Shown here: positions 1-8,433 of the stretch, in pieces | Layout of the letters: each line of letters opens with the position of its first letter | Position numbering within the stretch: the first letter of the stretch is position 1 | Assembly (NCBI GenBank): GCA_046483085.1 | Contig: JAWODX010000614.1 | Location: 1-30,793 of the forward strand | Source of the DNA: Planctomycetota bacterium | GTDB taxonomy: Bacteria; Planctomycetota; PUPC01 | Length of the DNA stretch: 30,793 nt | Direction: 5' to 3' | Notes under the pieces: model-generated | Told to the model about the DNA's origin: nothing | Databases searched by the model: none | Seen by the model: only the letters and a program-made list of their open reading frames with translations | Made by a program: the position numbers and the translations under genes

Positions 1-3000
1 TGGCCGACCTTCGTCCCGTGGCCCATGGCCCAGACCTTGATCTTCCAGCCGGTCAGGTTCTCGGGCATCGTCAGGTCGACCGTCGCTGTCCCGTCCTTGT
101 CGGTCGTCAGGTTGGCGACCCAGAGCGCGGTGTCGGCGAACTTCTTGCGCACCGTCGGCTCGACCTTCTCGGCCTCCCCGCGGCCGCCGCCCGCCTCACC
201 CGCAGCCTCCTTGTCGGCCGCGAAGGCGACCCCGCGGTCGGCCTTGCGCCGCGCGTTCTTGGCGGCCGGCGCCGCCCCGAGCTGGCGGCCCTTCGCCTTC
301 TCCTCTCTTACAGCGCCGTCCCTGGATTCGCGTTCTCCGCCCTCCGTCGGTTGCTGGGGCATGTCGGCGACGGACCGGCCGAAGACGCCGAGGAAGCTCA
401 TCCCCGGTTTCTTCGGCGGGGTGAGGTTCCCGCCGCCCCGCTGCAGCGACGACTCGGTCCGCGGGTGGTGCCGTCGGCGCCACTTCCAGAAGAACGCCTT
501 GATCTCGGGCACGTTGCTGCCGCCGGAGATGTACTCGACCGACTTGTCGTAGACTGTCAGCGCGAGCGATCCGACGAACGGGTCGCCGTCGATGTCGGTC
601 ACCGTCAGGTCGATCTCGGCCTCCTCGCCCGGTTTGCACTCGGACTTCGACGGTTTCGCCTCGACCTTGAGCACGCGCTTCTCGGGCGGGACGATGATCT
701 CGCGGACGGCGGTGTGCAGGTCGCCGCCGCTGATCGTGACCGCCTCGACGAAGAAGTTCGGCATGTCTTTCTTCGTGACCGCGATCTGCTGCTCGACGCT
801 CTTGCCATCGAGCCGCAGCACCTCCGGCTTCAGGTAGATCCCGTTCGTCGGGCGGGTGAAGAGCAGGACGGTGCTGCCCAGCCGGTTCGTGTTGACGCGG
901 AGCTGGACCTTCTCGCCCGGCTCGTACTCCTTCTTGTCGGGCACGAGCTCGACGGCGTTGAAACGGAAGTCGGAGCCGTCGAACCCCTCGCCGGTGATGA
1001 TGAAGATGTAGCCGCCCTCGATGGTGTGGTCCTTCGCGTCGGTCACCTTGTACGAGAGGCGGTACTGGCCGGGCTTGTGCGCGGCCAGCTTCTTCTCGGC
1101 GCGGCCCTCCGGGTTCGTGTCGAGCTCCCAGCTCTGGACCTTCTTCTCGGTCGGCTCACCCTTCTCGTTGTAGGTGAGCGAATAGAGCGTCAGCTCGCCG
1201 TCGCCCTTCACCGGCTGCTTCGAGAGGGTCTGTGCGTTGAAGCTGGCGTGGATGGTGTCGCCCACGCGGTAGTGCCCGCGGTCGACCCAGGCGTAGACCT
1301 CGAACGGTTTGCGCGCGACCATCACGTTGCCTGTCCCGACGATCGTCCGCCGCGACTGGTCGGTCACCTCGGCGGTGATGGTGTACTTGTGGTCGGTGTC
1401 GCCGTGCACCTCCTTGGCGATGCTCGTGTCGATCTCGACCTCGACGGTCCCGTCAGGCCCGATCTCGACCTCGTTCTCGCTCACCAGCTCGGGCGGGCTC
1501 TGGCGCGTGCCGTACCACCACCAGCGCGGCGCCTTGCAACCCCACCGGCCCCAGCCGGGATACCACGCGTAGTCATACGCGAACCACCAGTAGCCGGGCT
1601 CGTAGAACCAGTCCCAGTACATCACCGGGTACCAGCGTGCGTCGTAGTCGCGCCGCTCGACCTTGTACTTGACCTTCGCCTTGGTGACGGCGGCGCCGAA
1701 GTAGTACTTCGCCTTGACCGTCGCCGTGATCTTTTCGCCGAGCATCACCGGCTCGGTCGGCGCGTCGACGGTCACCTCGAACTCCGGCTTCTTGTACTCC
1801 TCGACGCGGAATGCGTTCCCGCCGATCCGGTGGTCCGGGTCACGCCACAGCGACAGGTAGTAGCGGCCGAGCGCGGCCCCGTCGGGCAGCTTGTACGAGC
1901 CGTCGAGCCCGCCGTACTCGTCGGTCGTGATCTTCTTCTCGAAGACCTTCTCGCCCTTCGCGTCGTTGATCCGCACGATGTACGTCTTGCCGGCGAAGTG
2001 CGATGCGTCGCCCATGTCGTACTGCGCGTGCCGGATCCACATCTTGAACTTCACCGTGTGCTCGGGCCGATAGACCGGGCGGTCGGTGATGATGAATGTG
2101 CGCGTCCGCTTGTACTCGGGGTCGTGATAGCTTCCGTACCACACGCTCGTGTAGCCGTGGTGTGCGAAGCGGCCGCCGTCGGTCCGCGCGATCAGGATCC
2201 ACCGGTAGTGCGGCGGCATATCCTTCTTGTTGAGGATGATCTGGCCGTCGGCGTCGGTGTGGCGGGCGAAGTTCTCGATGTCGATCCGGTAGTTCCGGCC
2301 GCCGGTGTACTTCTGGCGGTAGCCGAAGAACTCGACGTTCGCCTTGGGCACCGGCTTGCCCGTGACGGAGTCGGCCACGTAGATGTACACCGCCTGGTCC
2401 AGGTGCTTCTTCACGATCACCGTGTCGTTCAGCCAGAGGACGATGTAGCACGTGTTCCCGCCCTTCATCTGCGCCCGGAGCAGATACGCGCCGGGGTCCT
2501 GCAGCGGCGTGGTCACCGTCATCCGCTTGTCGAAGTGATGGGGCCGCGGCTCGAGGTCGAGCGACCACTGCGCGACCTGCTCCCCGACGTACTTCTTCTG
2601 GTTCTTCGTCACCAGCCGATAGCCGAGGTTCCGGATCTGGACCTTCTGCCAGTCGAGCCGGTTCGGCTTCTTCCGGATGTACGCCTTCACGTCGTCGAGC
2701 AGCGTCTCGACCTTGACCGCGTGCGCGGTGAAGGTCACCTTCTCGCCGTTCCGGAATCGGAACGGGACGGTCGCCCCGGCCCCGCCGCCCGCCGGCTGCT
2801 GCATCTTGTGCTCGAACATGCCCCACGGGTCCACGATCTGGCTCAGCCGCTTCTTCTTCCAGTTGCGGTTACCCGGGCCATAGGTCTTGATGTTCTCCCG
2901 CCAGGTCTCCGCCGCCGTCTCGTACTGCCGCCGGTTCTCGAAGAGCTGCGCCAGCTTGCCCAGCGCCTGCTCGCCGTAGCTGGTCTTGCCGGCCGCTACG

Positions 3001-4055
3001 ACTTGCCGGTAGATCTTGATGAAGTTGTGCTCGTCGGGCAGCTCGAACCGCTTGATCCCGGTCGCCAGCTTCGCGATCGTCTCGGTCTGCTTCAGTGTGT
3101 GGAGCTGGAGGATCCCGCCGGCCTTCTCCTTGTCGTCGCCCGCGGGCGAGCGCCGGAAGTACCAGCCGTAGCTCCGCATCGTCTGGCAGCCGAACTGCCC
3201 GTGCAGGAAGTCGGCCCGGATCATCCGCACCTGGTTGGCGAGCCCCGGGTCGAGCTCCTTCGCCTGGAGCAGGAGGAACCGCCAGCGCTCGCCGTCGTTC
3301 GCCGCCGCCTCCCAGCTCTCGGGGACGCTGTAGTAGACCGGCTCGCCGTCGGGGCCGACCGGGGCGCCCTTGTTGCGATTGTGGTAATAATAGTAGTAGC
3401 CGCGCCCGTCGTCGTAGTCCGGCAGCTCGTCGAGGTCGGTCTTGTACTGCAGCCGCCACGCCTGGCTGTAGCCGCGGTAGACGCGGATCATCCGGGCGAA
3501 ATCGAGATGGAACTGCGCGACCGCCTTCGTGTTCTTCTCGTCCTTCGCCTCCTTCATCGCGGCGGTCATCAGTTGCATCGCGCGGACGCGGTCGCGTGCC
3601 ATCGAGTTGACGACCTTCCCGCCGCCGCGGTGCCGGCCGCGGTGATATTCGCCCGCGATCCTGTAGCCCCAGGACGGGATCCGGCTCCAGCGCGGGCAAT
3701 TCGTGTTCACCTTCTGCCCGGCGTACGTCTTCGCCGCCGCGTGGAGCAGCCGCCAGTTGTCGTCGTGCACCTTGATGACCGCCTCGCGGAACGCGTCGAC
3801 CTCGTCCACCCGGTTCAGGTGCCGCAGGCACTGGAGCGCGACGTCGAGGTCGCCGCCGACCTGCATCGGGTCCGAGTCCTCGTCGAGCAGGATCTTGCGG
3901 TAGAGCTGGTAGGCGTCGCGGTAGTTCCCGTTCTTGTACGCCCTGAACGCCTTCGTTCGGGCGTCCTCGTGCGGCCCCTTCGCCGCGAACGAGACGGCGA
4001 CCGCGCCGGCGACCATCACGACCAGGACCAGAGCGACCAGCTTCCGTGTCTTCAT
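1..4055 (-). CDS. Alpha-2-macroglobulin family (MG2/A2M domain) secreted protein, >1351 aa, 3' end outside the window
   Basis: Absent from the ORF track because it has no stop in the window; translated by hand from ATG 4055 (SD GAGGAG upstream). Signal peptide MKTRKLVALVLVVMVAGAVAVSFA. MG2 motif 'FIITDRPVYRPEHTVKFK', 'FRVEEYKKPEFEVTV', 'PDKKEYEPGEKV', and A2M-domain start 'VRKKFADTALWVANLTTDKDGTATVDLTMPENLTGWKIKVWAM'. Confidence 0.9.
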   Translation of the reverse strand, partial: MKTRKLVALVLVVMVAGAVAVSFAAKGPHEDARTKAFRAYKNGNYRDAYQLYRKILLDEDSDPMQVGGDLDVALQCLRHLNRVDEVDAFREAVIKVHDDNWRLLHAAAKTYAGQKVNTNCPRWSRIPSWGYRIAGEYHRGRHRGGGKVVNSMARDRVRAMQLMTAAMKEAKDEKNTKAVAQFHLDFARMIRVYRGYSQAWRLQYKTDLDELPDYDDGRGYYYYYHNRNKGAPVGPDGEPVYYSVPESWEAAANDGERWRFLLLQAKELDPGLANQVRMIRADFLHGQFGCQTMRSYGWYFRRSPAGDDKEKAGGILQLHTLKQTETIAKLATGIKRFELPDEHNFIKIYRQVVAAGKTSYGEQALGKLAQLFENRRQYETAAETWRENIKTYGPGNRNWKKKRLSQIVDPWGMFEHKMQQPAGGGAGATVPFRFRNGEKVTFTAHAVKVETLLDDVKAYIRKKPNRLDWQKVQIRNLGYRLVTKNQKKYVGEQVAQWSLDLEPRPHHFDKRMTVTTPLQDPGAYLLRAQMKGGNTCYIVLWLNDTVIVKKHLDQAVYIYVADSVTGKPVPKANVEFFGYRQKYTGGRNYRIDIENFARHTDADGQIILNKKDMPPHYRWILIARTDGGRFAHHGYTSVWYGSYHDPEYKRTRTFIITDRPVYRPEHTVKFKMWIRHAQYDMGDASHFAGKTYIVRINDAKGEKVFEKKITTDEYGGLDGSYKLPDGAALGRYYLSLWRDPDHRIGGNAFRVEEYKKPEFEVTVDAPTEPVMLGEKITATVKAKYYFGAAVTKAKVKYKVERRDYDARWYPVMYWDWFYEPGYWWFAYDYAWYPGWGRWGCKAPRWWWYGTRQSPPELVSENEVEIGPDGTVEVEIDTSIAKEVHGDTDHKYTITAEVTDQSRRTIVGTGNVMVARKPFEVYAWVDRGHYRVGDTIHASFNAQTLSKQPVKGDGELTLYSLTYNEKGEPTEKKVQSWELDTNPEGRAEKKLAAHKPGQYRLSYKVTDAKDHTIEGGYIFIITGEGFDGSDFRFNAVELVPDKKEYEPGEKVQLRVNTNRLGSTVLLFTRPTNGIYLKPEVLRLDGKSVEQQIAVTKKDMPNFFVEAVTISGGDLHTAVREIIVPPEKRVLKVEAKPSKSECKPGEEAEIDLTVTDIDGDPFVGSLALTVYDKSVEYISGGSNVPEIKAFFWKWRRRHHPRTESSLQRGGGNLTPPKKPGMSFLGVFGRSVADMPQQPTEGGERESRDGAVREEKAKGRQLGAAPAAKNARRKADRGVAFAADKEAAGEAGGGRGEAEKVEPTVRKKFADTALWVANLTTDKDGTATVDLTMPENLTGWKIKVWAMGHGTKVG

Positions 4056-4118
4056 CCTGCTTCTCCTCAGGCGGATCGTTCTTCAGCCATTTGCCTTGTC
4101 TGCCACGGAGGCACGGCA

Positions 4119-4155
4119 CTGTAGCCGAGGTCCATGACCTCGGCCTTTGCTACAG
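4119..4155. repeat. REP-like hairpin in the A2M leader
   Basis: Perfect 9-bp stem GCCGAGGTC-CAT-GACCTCGGC (4124-4144) with outer CTGTAG/CTACAG arms; GTAG tetranucleotide at the stem foot. Confidence 0.6.
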
Positions 4156-4231
4156 CCGGCAGACCGCGAAATGAACACACGACACAAGTGGCCGTTCTCG
4201 CGCGCCGGGCGCACCCAACCTATCGGCTGCC

Positions 4232-4269
4232 ATTATAGACGCGGCCGGGGGCAAATGGTTCCCGAAAAA
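4232..4269 (-). promoter_or_regulatory. Candidate ECF-sigma promoter of the A2M gene
   Basis: Minus strand TTTTTCGGGAACC-N16-GTCTATAAT; near-identical motif at 5947-5984. Confidence 0.55.
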
Positions 4270-4323
4270 TCTCGGGCAGCGGGATCCGCTCTCGGATTCG
4301 GCCGTCGCAGACAGAAGTAACAG

Positions 4324-4406
4324 ACTATCTCGATACTCGGTGGGGCAGGCATTCTTGCCTGCCAGATGGCGGACAGGAATGTCCGCCCTACCTTTTTTGA
4401 GATGGT
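4324..4406. repeat. REP doublet (REPIN-like) copy 1 inside short terminal inverted repeats
   Basis: GTGG-GGCAGGCA-TTCT-TGCCTGCC-AGAT-GGCGGACA-GGAA-TGTCCGCC-CTAC (4340-4391), flanked by ACTATCTCGA / TTGAGATGGT. Further copies at 25258 and 30525. Confidence 0.85.
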
Positions 4407-4440
4407 TCCCAACTGAGTGGCCCCGGCTCCTCCGGATGGC

Positions 4441-5862
4441 TCAGGGGCCGTCGGGGCCTGTCGGCTCCTGGCTGCGCCGCCGAGCGTTGGAGCTCCAGCG
4501 TGAGAAGGCGATGACGAGCGCGGCGGCGAGGACGATGGCGACGCCGAGCCCAACCGAGAAGGGAAGGCCCGCCCGCGAATCCTCCTCGCCCGGGCGATCG
4601 GCCTGCCCCCGCCGGACATCCTCAACGCCGAGTCTCTTCAGCGCCCTGGCCGCTTCCTCGCGGACCGCGTCGCTGGGGTCATCCAGCAGGGGCCGGAGAG
4701 CCGGGATCGCCTGCTTGGCGTGAAGTCGACCGAGCGCCCTCGCAGCGGGCCGGCGCACCTGGCACGCCGTATGGTTCAACAGCCCGATGAACTTCGGGAC
4801 GGCCGCGGACGCCGCCTTCGGCCTGCGTCGGATCGCTCGCACGGCGCGCCTGATCACTCCGGCGTCCGGGTCGTCCAGGGCGGCCAGCAGCGGCCCGGTG
4901 ACCTGCCGGTCATATTTCTCGTCGAGATACGTCAGGTTGCCGGCGCAGGCGCATCTGACCGCCGGGCGCTCGTCCTTCAACCCCCTGACCAGGGCATCGA
5001 CGGCAGCGGGCGTCCGTATCTGGTTCAAGGCGCCGGCCGCGGTCTTCGCGCGGTCCGGATCCTCGAGCCACTTGACCAGCAGGGGCACGGCGTCGCCGGC
5101 CTTGGCCCTGCCCAGAGCCCACGCGGCGGTCTTCCACACCGGGTGATCGCGGTCCTCGGCCATCTTCAACAGCGGGCGGACGGCCGCCCGAACGGCCTTG
5201 CGGCGCTCCTTGTCGTGATACCCGTAGTGGAAGAGCGCCTTGATCGCCGCGCGTTGAACCCCGACATCCGGATCCTCGATCCTCGCGAGAAGGGGCTCGA
5301 AGAAGTGCCGGGAATGGCGACCCGATGCGTGGCCCATGCCCCGGACCGCGGCGAGGCGGATGTGGGGGTCCTCGTGCGAAGCCGCCTCCTTCAACCGGGC
5401 GACGGCGCGGGGGACGAAAAAGCGGCCGAGAGCGCGGAGGGCGGCGGCGCGTTCCGCTTGGTCCTCCTTCCGGGTGGCCGCGACGACGCGTCCGAGCAAT
5501 TGCTCCGCTCTTGCGGACCTGTCCCCCGCCTCGTCCGACAGGTCTCTCGTCTCGATCGGGTCACGCCTAAGCACGGAGCCGAGCTCGTCCAGCGCCGCGA
5601 GCCGGACCTTCGGGGAGCGATCGTCGAGTACGCTCCCGAGCGCCTCGGCCGCAGGCCGAGTGTCCAGGTCGCTCTCGGCCTCCCCGAGACCTCGGACGGC
5701 ACTCAGCCGATCGGCGACCCTGCGGCTGGCCAGCTTCTTCGCGAGCTCCTCGACCCGAATCCTCCGCGGCGGCTCGGCCTCGCAGGCCGCCGCCGTCCCT
5801 GCCGGCCCCAGCAACGCGAGAAGACAAAGTACCGCCCGGCACGTCCCGACCGCTCTCGTCAT
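4441..5862 (-). CDS. HEAT-repeat (PBS-lyase-like) protein with N-terminal signal peptide and C-terminal membrane anchor
   Basis: Repeated HEAT motifs ('LDDRSPKVRLAALDELG', 'IEDPDVGVQRAAIKAL', 'LKDERPAVRCACAGNL', 'LDDPSDAVREEAARAL'). Start moved to ATG 5862 (MTRAVGTCRAVLCLLALLGPAGTAAAC), purine-rich SD. Hydrophobic tail 'LPFSVGLGVAIVLAAALVIAF' followed by RRR. Confidence 0.8.
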   Translation of the reverse strand: MTRAVGTCRAVLCLLALLGPAGTAAACEAEPPRRIRVEELAKKLASRRVADRLSAVRGLGEAESDLDTRPAAEALGSVLDDRSPKVRLAALDELGSVLRRDPIETRDLSDEAGDRSARAEQLLGRVVAATRKEDQAERAAALRALGRFFVPRAVARLKEAASHEDPHIRLAAVRGMGHASGRHSRHFFEPLLARIEDPDVGVQRAAIKALFHYGYHDKERRKAVRAAVRPLLKMAEDRDHPVWKTAAWALGRAKAGDAVPLLVKWLEDPDRAKTAAGALNQIRTPAAVDALVRGLKDERPAVRCACAGNLTYLDEKYDRQVTGPLLAALDDPDAGVIRRAVRAIRRRPKAASAAVPKFIGLLNHTACQVRRPAARALGRLHAKQAIPALRPLLDDPSDAVREEAARALKRLGVEDVRRGQADRPGEEDSRAGLPFSVGLGVAIVLAAALVIAFSRWSSNARRRSQEPTGPDGP

Positions 5863-5946
5863 TCTGCCCCTTCCCTTCCCCAGCGCCCGGCGCGCAAGAA
5901 CGTCCTTGCCGGGTGCCTCGATGCGACCGGCGCACTTCTTCCGGGG

Positions 5947-5984
5947 ATATAGACGCGGGGGCGGCCCCATCGGTTCCGAAAAAC
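5947..5984 (-). promoter_or_regulatory. Candidate ECF-sigma promoter of the HEAT-repeat gene
   Basis: Minus strand TTTTTCGGAACC-N17-GTCTATATC; matches 4232-4269. Confidence 0.55.
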
Positions 5985-6073
5985 CGCGCCCTGGCCGCAG
6001 GCGTTTCATTCCGGCGCCCGCCTGGCCTTCCCCCGGCCCCTGCGCCTGTCCGGCGGTTCACCGGGAGTCGGTA

Positions 6074-6781
6074 TCACGTGCTCGGGGCTTCGTCCGCCAG
6101 CGCCTCCCGCAGCGCGGCCCGCGCCAGCAGGCGGGTCGAGTCGAGCACGGGCAGCGGGCAGTCGTCGGGATCGACGAGCAGCGGGATCTCGGTGCAGCCG
6201 AGGACGACCGCGTCGCAGCCGCGATCCCTCATCTCGGCGATGACCTGGTTGAAGAACCGCCGCGAGTCCTCGGTGAAGATCCCGTTCACCAGCTCGCCGA
6301 AGATGATCCCGTCGATCCGCTCGCGGTCCGGCTCGTCCGGGATCTCGCAGGCGATGTCGAACTCCGCGAGCGCGTCGGGATAGACCGGCCCGGTCACGAG
6401 GTACTTCGTGCCGGTGATGGCGAGGGTCGAGAAACCCCGCCGGCGGGCCTCGCGGCCGACCTCCGTCGCGATGTGCAGCCACGGGATCGGGCTCTCGTCG
6501 GCGACGCGGTCGAACGCCTCGTGGATCGTGTTGTCGGGGCAGACGGCGAAGTCGGCGCCGATGGCCGCGAGCTTGCCCGCCGACGAGAGCATCAGGTCCG
6601 CCACCGCGTCCCAGTCGCCCGCCCGGATGTGGACCATGTACTCGGCGAGCGGGTGGGTGTGCATCGAGACCTCGGGATGCATGTGCTCGCCCATTTTCGC
6701 GGGCGCCTCGGCGCAGAGCGTGCGGTAGCACAGCGCGGCGCCCTCGGCGCTGCACGCGACGATTCCGATGTGTTTCGCCAT
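6074..6781 (-). CDS. Aspartate/glutamate racemase family protein
   Basis: ATG 6781 with SD GAGGAG. 'HIGIVACSAEGAALCY', 'GADFAVCPDNTIH', 'DAVVLGCTEIPLL', 'LPVLDSTRLLA'; 235 aa. Confidence 0.88.
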   Translation of the reverse strand: MAKHIGIVACSAEGAALCYRTLCAEAPAKMGEHMHPEVSMHTHPLAEYMVHIRAGDWDAVADLMLSSAGKLAAIGADFAVCPDNTIHEAFDRVADESPIPWLHIATEVGREARRRGFSTLAITGTKYLVTGPVYPDALAEFDIACEIPDEPDRERIDGIIFGELVNGIFTEDSRRFFNQVIAEMRDRGCDAVVLGCTEIPLLVDPDDCPLPVLDSTRLLARAALREALADEAPST

Positions 6782-6813
6782 GGGTCTCCTCTCATTGAAC
6801 TGTTGGGAAGCGA

Positions 6814-7234
6814 GCGGGGAGAACCCCCTCTTGAAAAAGGGCCGTTCTCCCCGCACCCCTTTCCCCGAAAACTTCCGGGAGATGCCCTTCCGGCTCCGCC
6901 GGAATGACATCTCCTGCCGTGCTTTCCCGGGAAGGAAAAGCCAGGGATCCGCCTCTGTCCGGAGTTCGTGAAGTCGGTGCTGAATTCTGCTCCCTCTGCG
7001 AATCCTACGGTCTCGCCAGTCAGGAATTCGGAGCGGTTGCCGTACCGTTTGGAATTTGCGATTTCGGATTTGTTTGTCATTTGGCGCTTCAGATTTCGAA
7101 TTTGCCGCACCAACCCTGCTCCCCGCCCCCCTCTTCCTCAAAACTCGGAGGAGATGCGGTTGCTAAACCGCATCTCCACAGAAGTTCTTGGAGGGGGTGC
7201 GGGGGAAACCCTCTTTCAAGAAGGGTCCCCCGCA
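6814..7234. repeat. Composite intergenic cluster of palindromic repeats
   Basis: Inverted pair of related ~55-60 bp hairpin elements (6814-6874, 7182-7234); two GGAGATG...CATCTCC hairpins (6878-6914, 7150-7177); 7-bp tandem units 7051-7103. Confidence 0.75.
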
Positions 7235-7288
7235 TTCCATTAGCCATACATGCGTCAATAATCCTGTCCAGCCGACAACCCGACCGGC

Positions 7289-8224
7289 TCACTTCTTCCC
7301 GTCGGGCACGTCGCCGCCCTGGGACACCGGCCGGCCGTGGTAGTATTTCTTGAACAGCGCCTTCGTCGGCTTGATACGGAACCGCGTGGACGCGTACGGA
7401 TACCGCCCGCGGGAGACGGGGACCGTGAGGTTGTTGGTGAACGTGGTCGTGTGGTCGCAGATGCTCCCGGCCTGGAACTTGAGCCGGAGGAGGCTGAGCA
7501 TCGCCTCCTCGTTGTCGACGAACCGCCGCCCGTGCCGGTCGAGGTCCTTGTGGCTGAACGACAACAGCGTGATCGTCCGGCCGCCCGACCGCCGGTGGCG
7601 GATGGTCCCGCCGGGGATCGGCTTGGTCGCGGTGAGCTTCACCGTGACCTGCAGGCCCTTCATCAGGTCGGCGAAGACCGGCCGGAGGTCGCGGAGCATC
7701 TGCGACTCGGCGGGGGTCGGCTCCGGCGGCGGCTCCTCATCCTTCCCCCCGCGCCGCTCCTCCGGCTCGGCGGGGACCAGCGCCATCATCAGGTCGCCCA
7801 CTTTGTGGAAGGAATGGACGCGCCGGTAGATCGGCGTGAACCGGAGCCGCATCTTCCGGCCGGGCCGGCCGTACTGGACGTACGGGTTGAGGAGCCGCAG
7901 GTCCTCGATGTTCGGGATCTTGTACACCGCCCGGCTCTCGCGGGCGCCGTTCTGCAGGTCCTCGACCTCGTGGCGGACCAGCCGGCAGCCCCGGCCCATC
8001 TGCTTCGCCCGGAGCAGCGCGTGCTTCCTGTCGAGCAGCCGGACGAGCTTCTGCTCCTTCGGCGTGCCCTGATCGAGCTGGCGCAGCGGCCGCGAGAAGC
8101 GCACGCGCTCGCGGATCGTCGCCCCGCCGTCCTCGTGCATGGTGATCGACTGCTCGATCTGCAGGCAGCCCGCAGAGGCCGCCACGACGAGCAAGAACAC
8201 AATCCGCGTGGCCGTCTTGATCAT
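7289..8224 (-). CDS. Hypothetical lipoprotein
   Basis: ATG 8224 with GGAG SD. Lipobox 'LLVVAASAG-C'; mature start 'CLQIEQSITMHEDGGATI' resembles DUF3153/LppM-type N-termini (unverified); 311 aa. Confidence 0.7.
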   Translation of the reverse strand: MIKTATRIVFLLVVAASAGCLQIEQSITMHEDGGATIRERVRFSRPLRQLDQGTPKEQKLVRLLDRKHALLRAKQMGRGCRLVRHEVEDLQNGARESRAVYKIPNIEDLRLLNPYVQYGRPGRKMRLRFTPIYRRVHSFHKVGDLMMALVPAEPEERRGGKDEEPPPEPTPAESQMLRDLRPVFADLMKGLQVTVKLTATKPIPGGTIRHRRSGGRTITLLSFSHKDLDRHGRRFVDNEEAMLSLLRLKFQAGSICDHTTTFTNNLTVPVSRGRYPYASTRFRIKPTKALFKKYYHGRPVSQGGDVPDGKK

Positions 8225-8433
8225 GCCGCGTGGTCTCCTTTCCAGACATCGCCGGGGGGACCCATTGACGAATCCATTAGAGCGCGGACCGCCCCCGAGC
8301 GCAAGGTGGGCCGCCGGGAGGCGAACGGCCAGCGGGGTTGGAGCGTCATGTTGATTTCCCACCTGGGAAATTAGCATGACGGTCGCACACAGGAGGATCG
8401 AGGAGCGACGAGAGACAGCACGCCCCCGAACCC

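Noticed and set aside
2869-4119. 416-aa and 328-aa (1840-2826) minus-strand ORFs in the track
   Set aside because: Alternative frames overlapping the real A2M frame; Arg/Gly/Pro-rich nonsense translations.
18-4124. 1368-aa plus-strand ORF
   Set aside because: Antisense shadow of the alpha-2-macroglobulin gene; high GC3 codon bias removes stops on the opposite strand, and it has no motifs.
4232-4237. TATAAT as a sigma70 -10 for the A2M gene
   Set aside because: No matching -35 (AACCAT at 17 bp) and no TG extension; the ECF-like reading is supported by a second copy that lacks TATAAT.
5863-6009. N-terminal extension of the HEAT ORF to ATG 6009
   Set aside because: It spans the candidate promoter; ATG 5862 has an SD and begins a signal peptide.
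6782-7141. N-terminal extension of the racemase ORF
   Set aside because: It translates repeat DNA; the family start and SD are at 6781.
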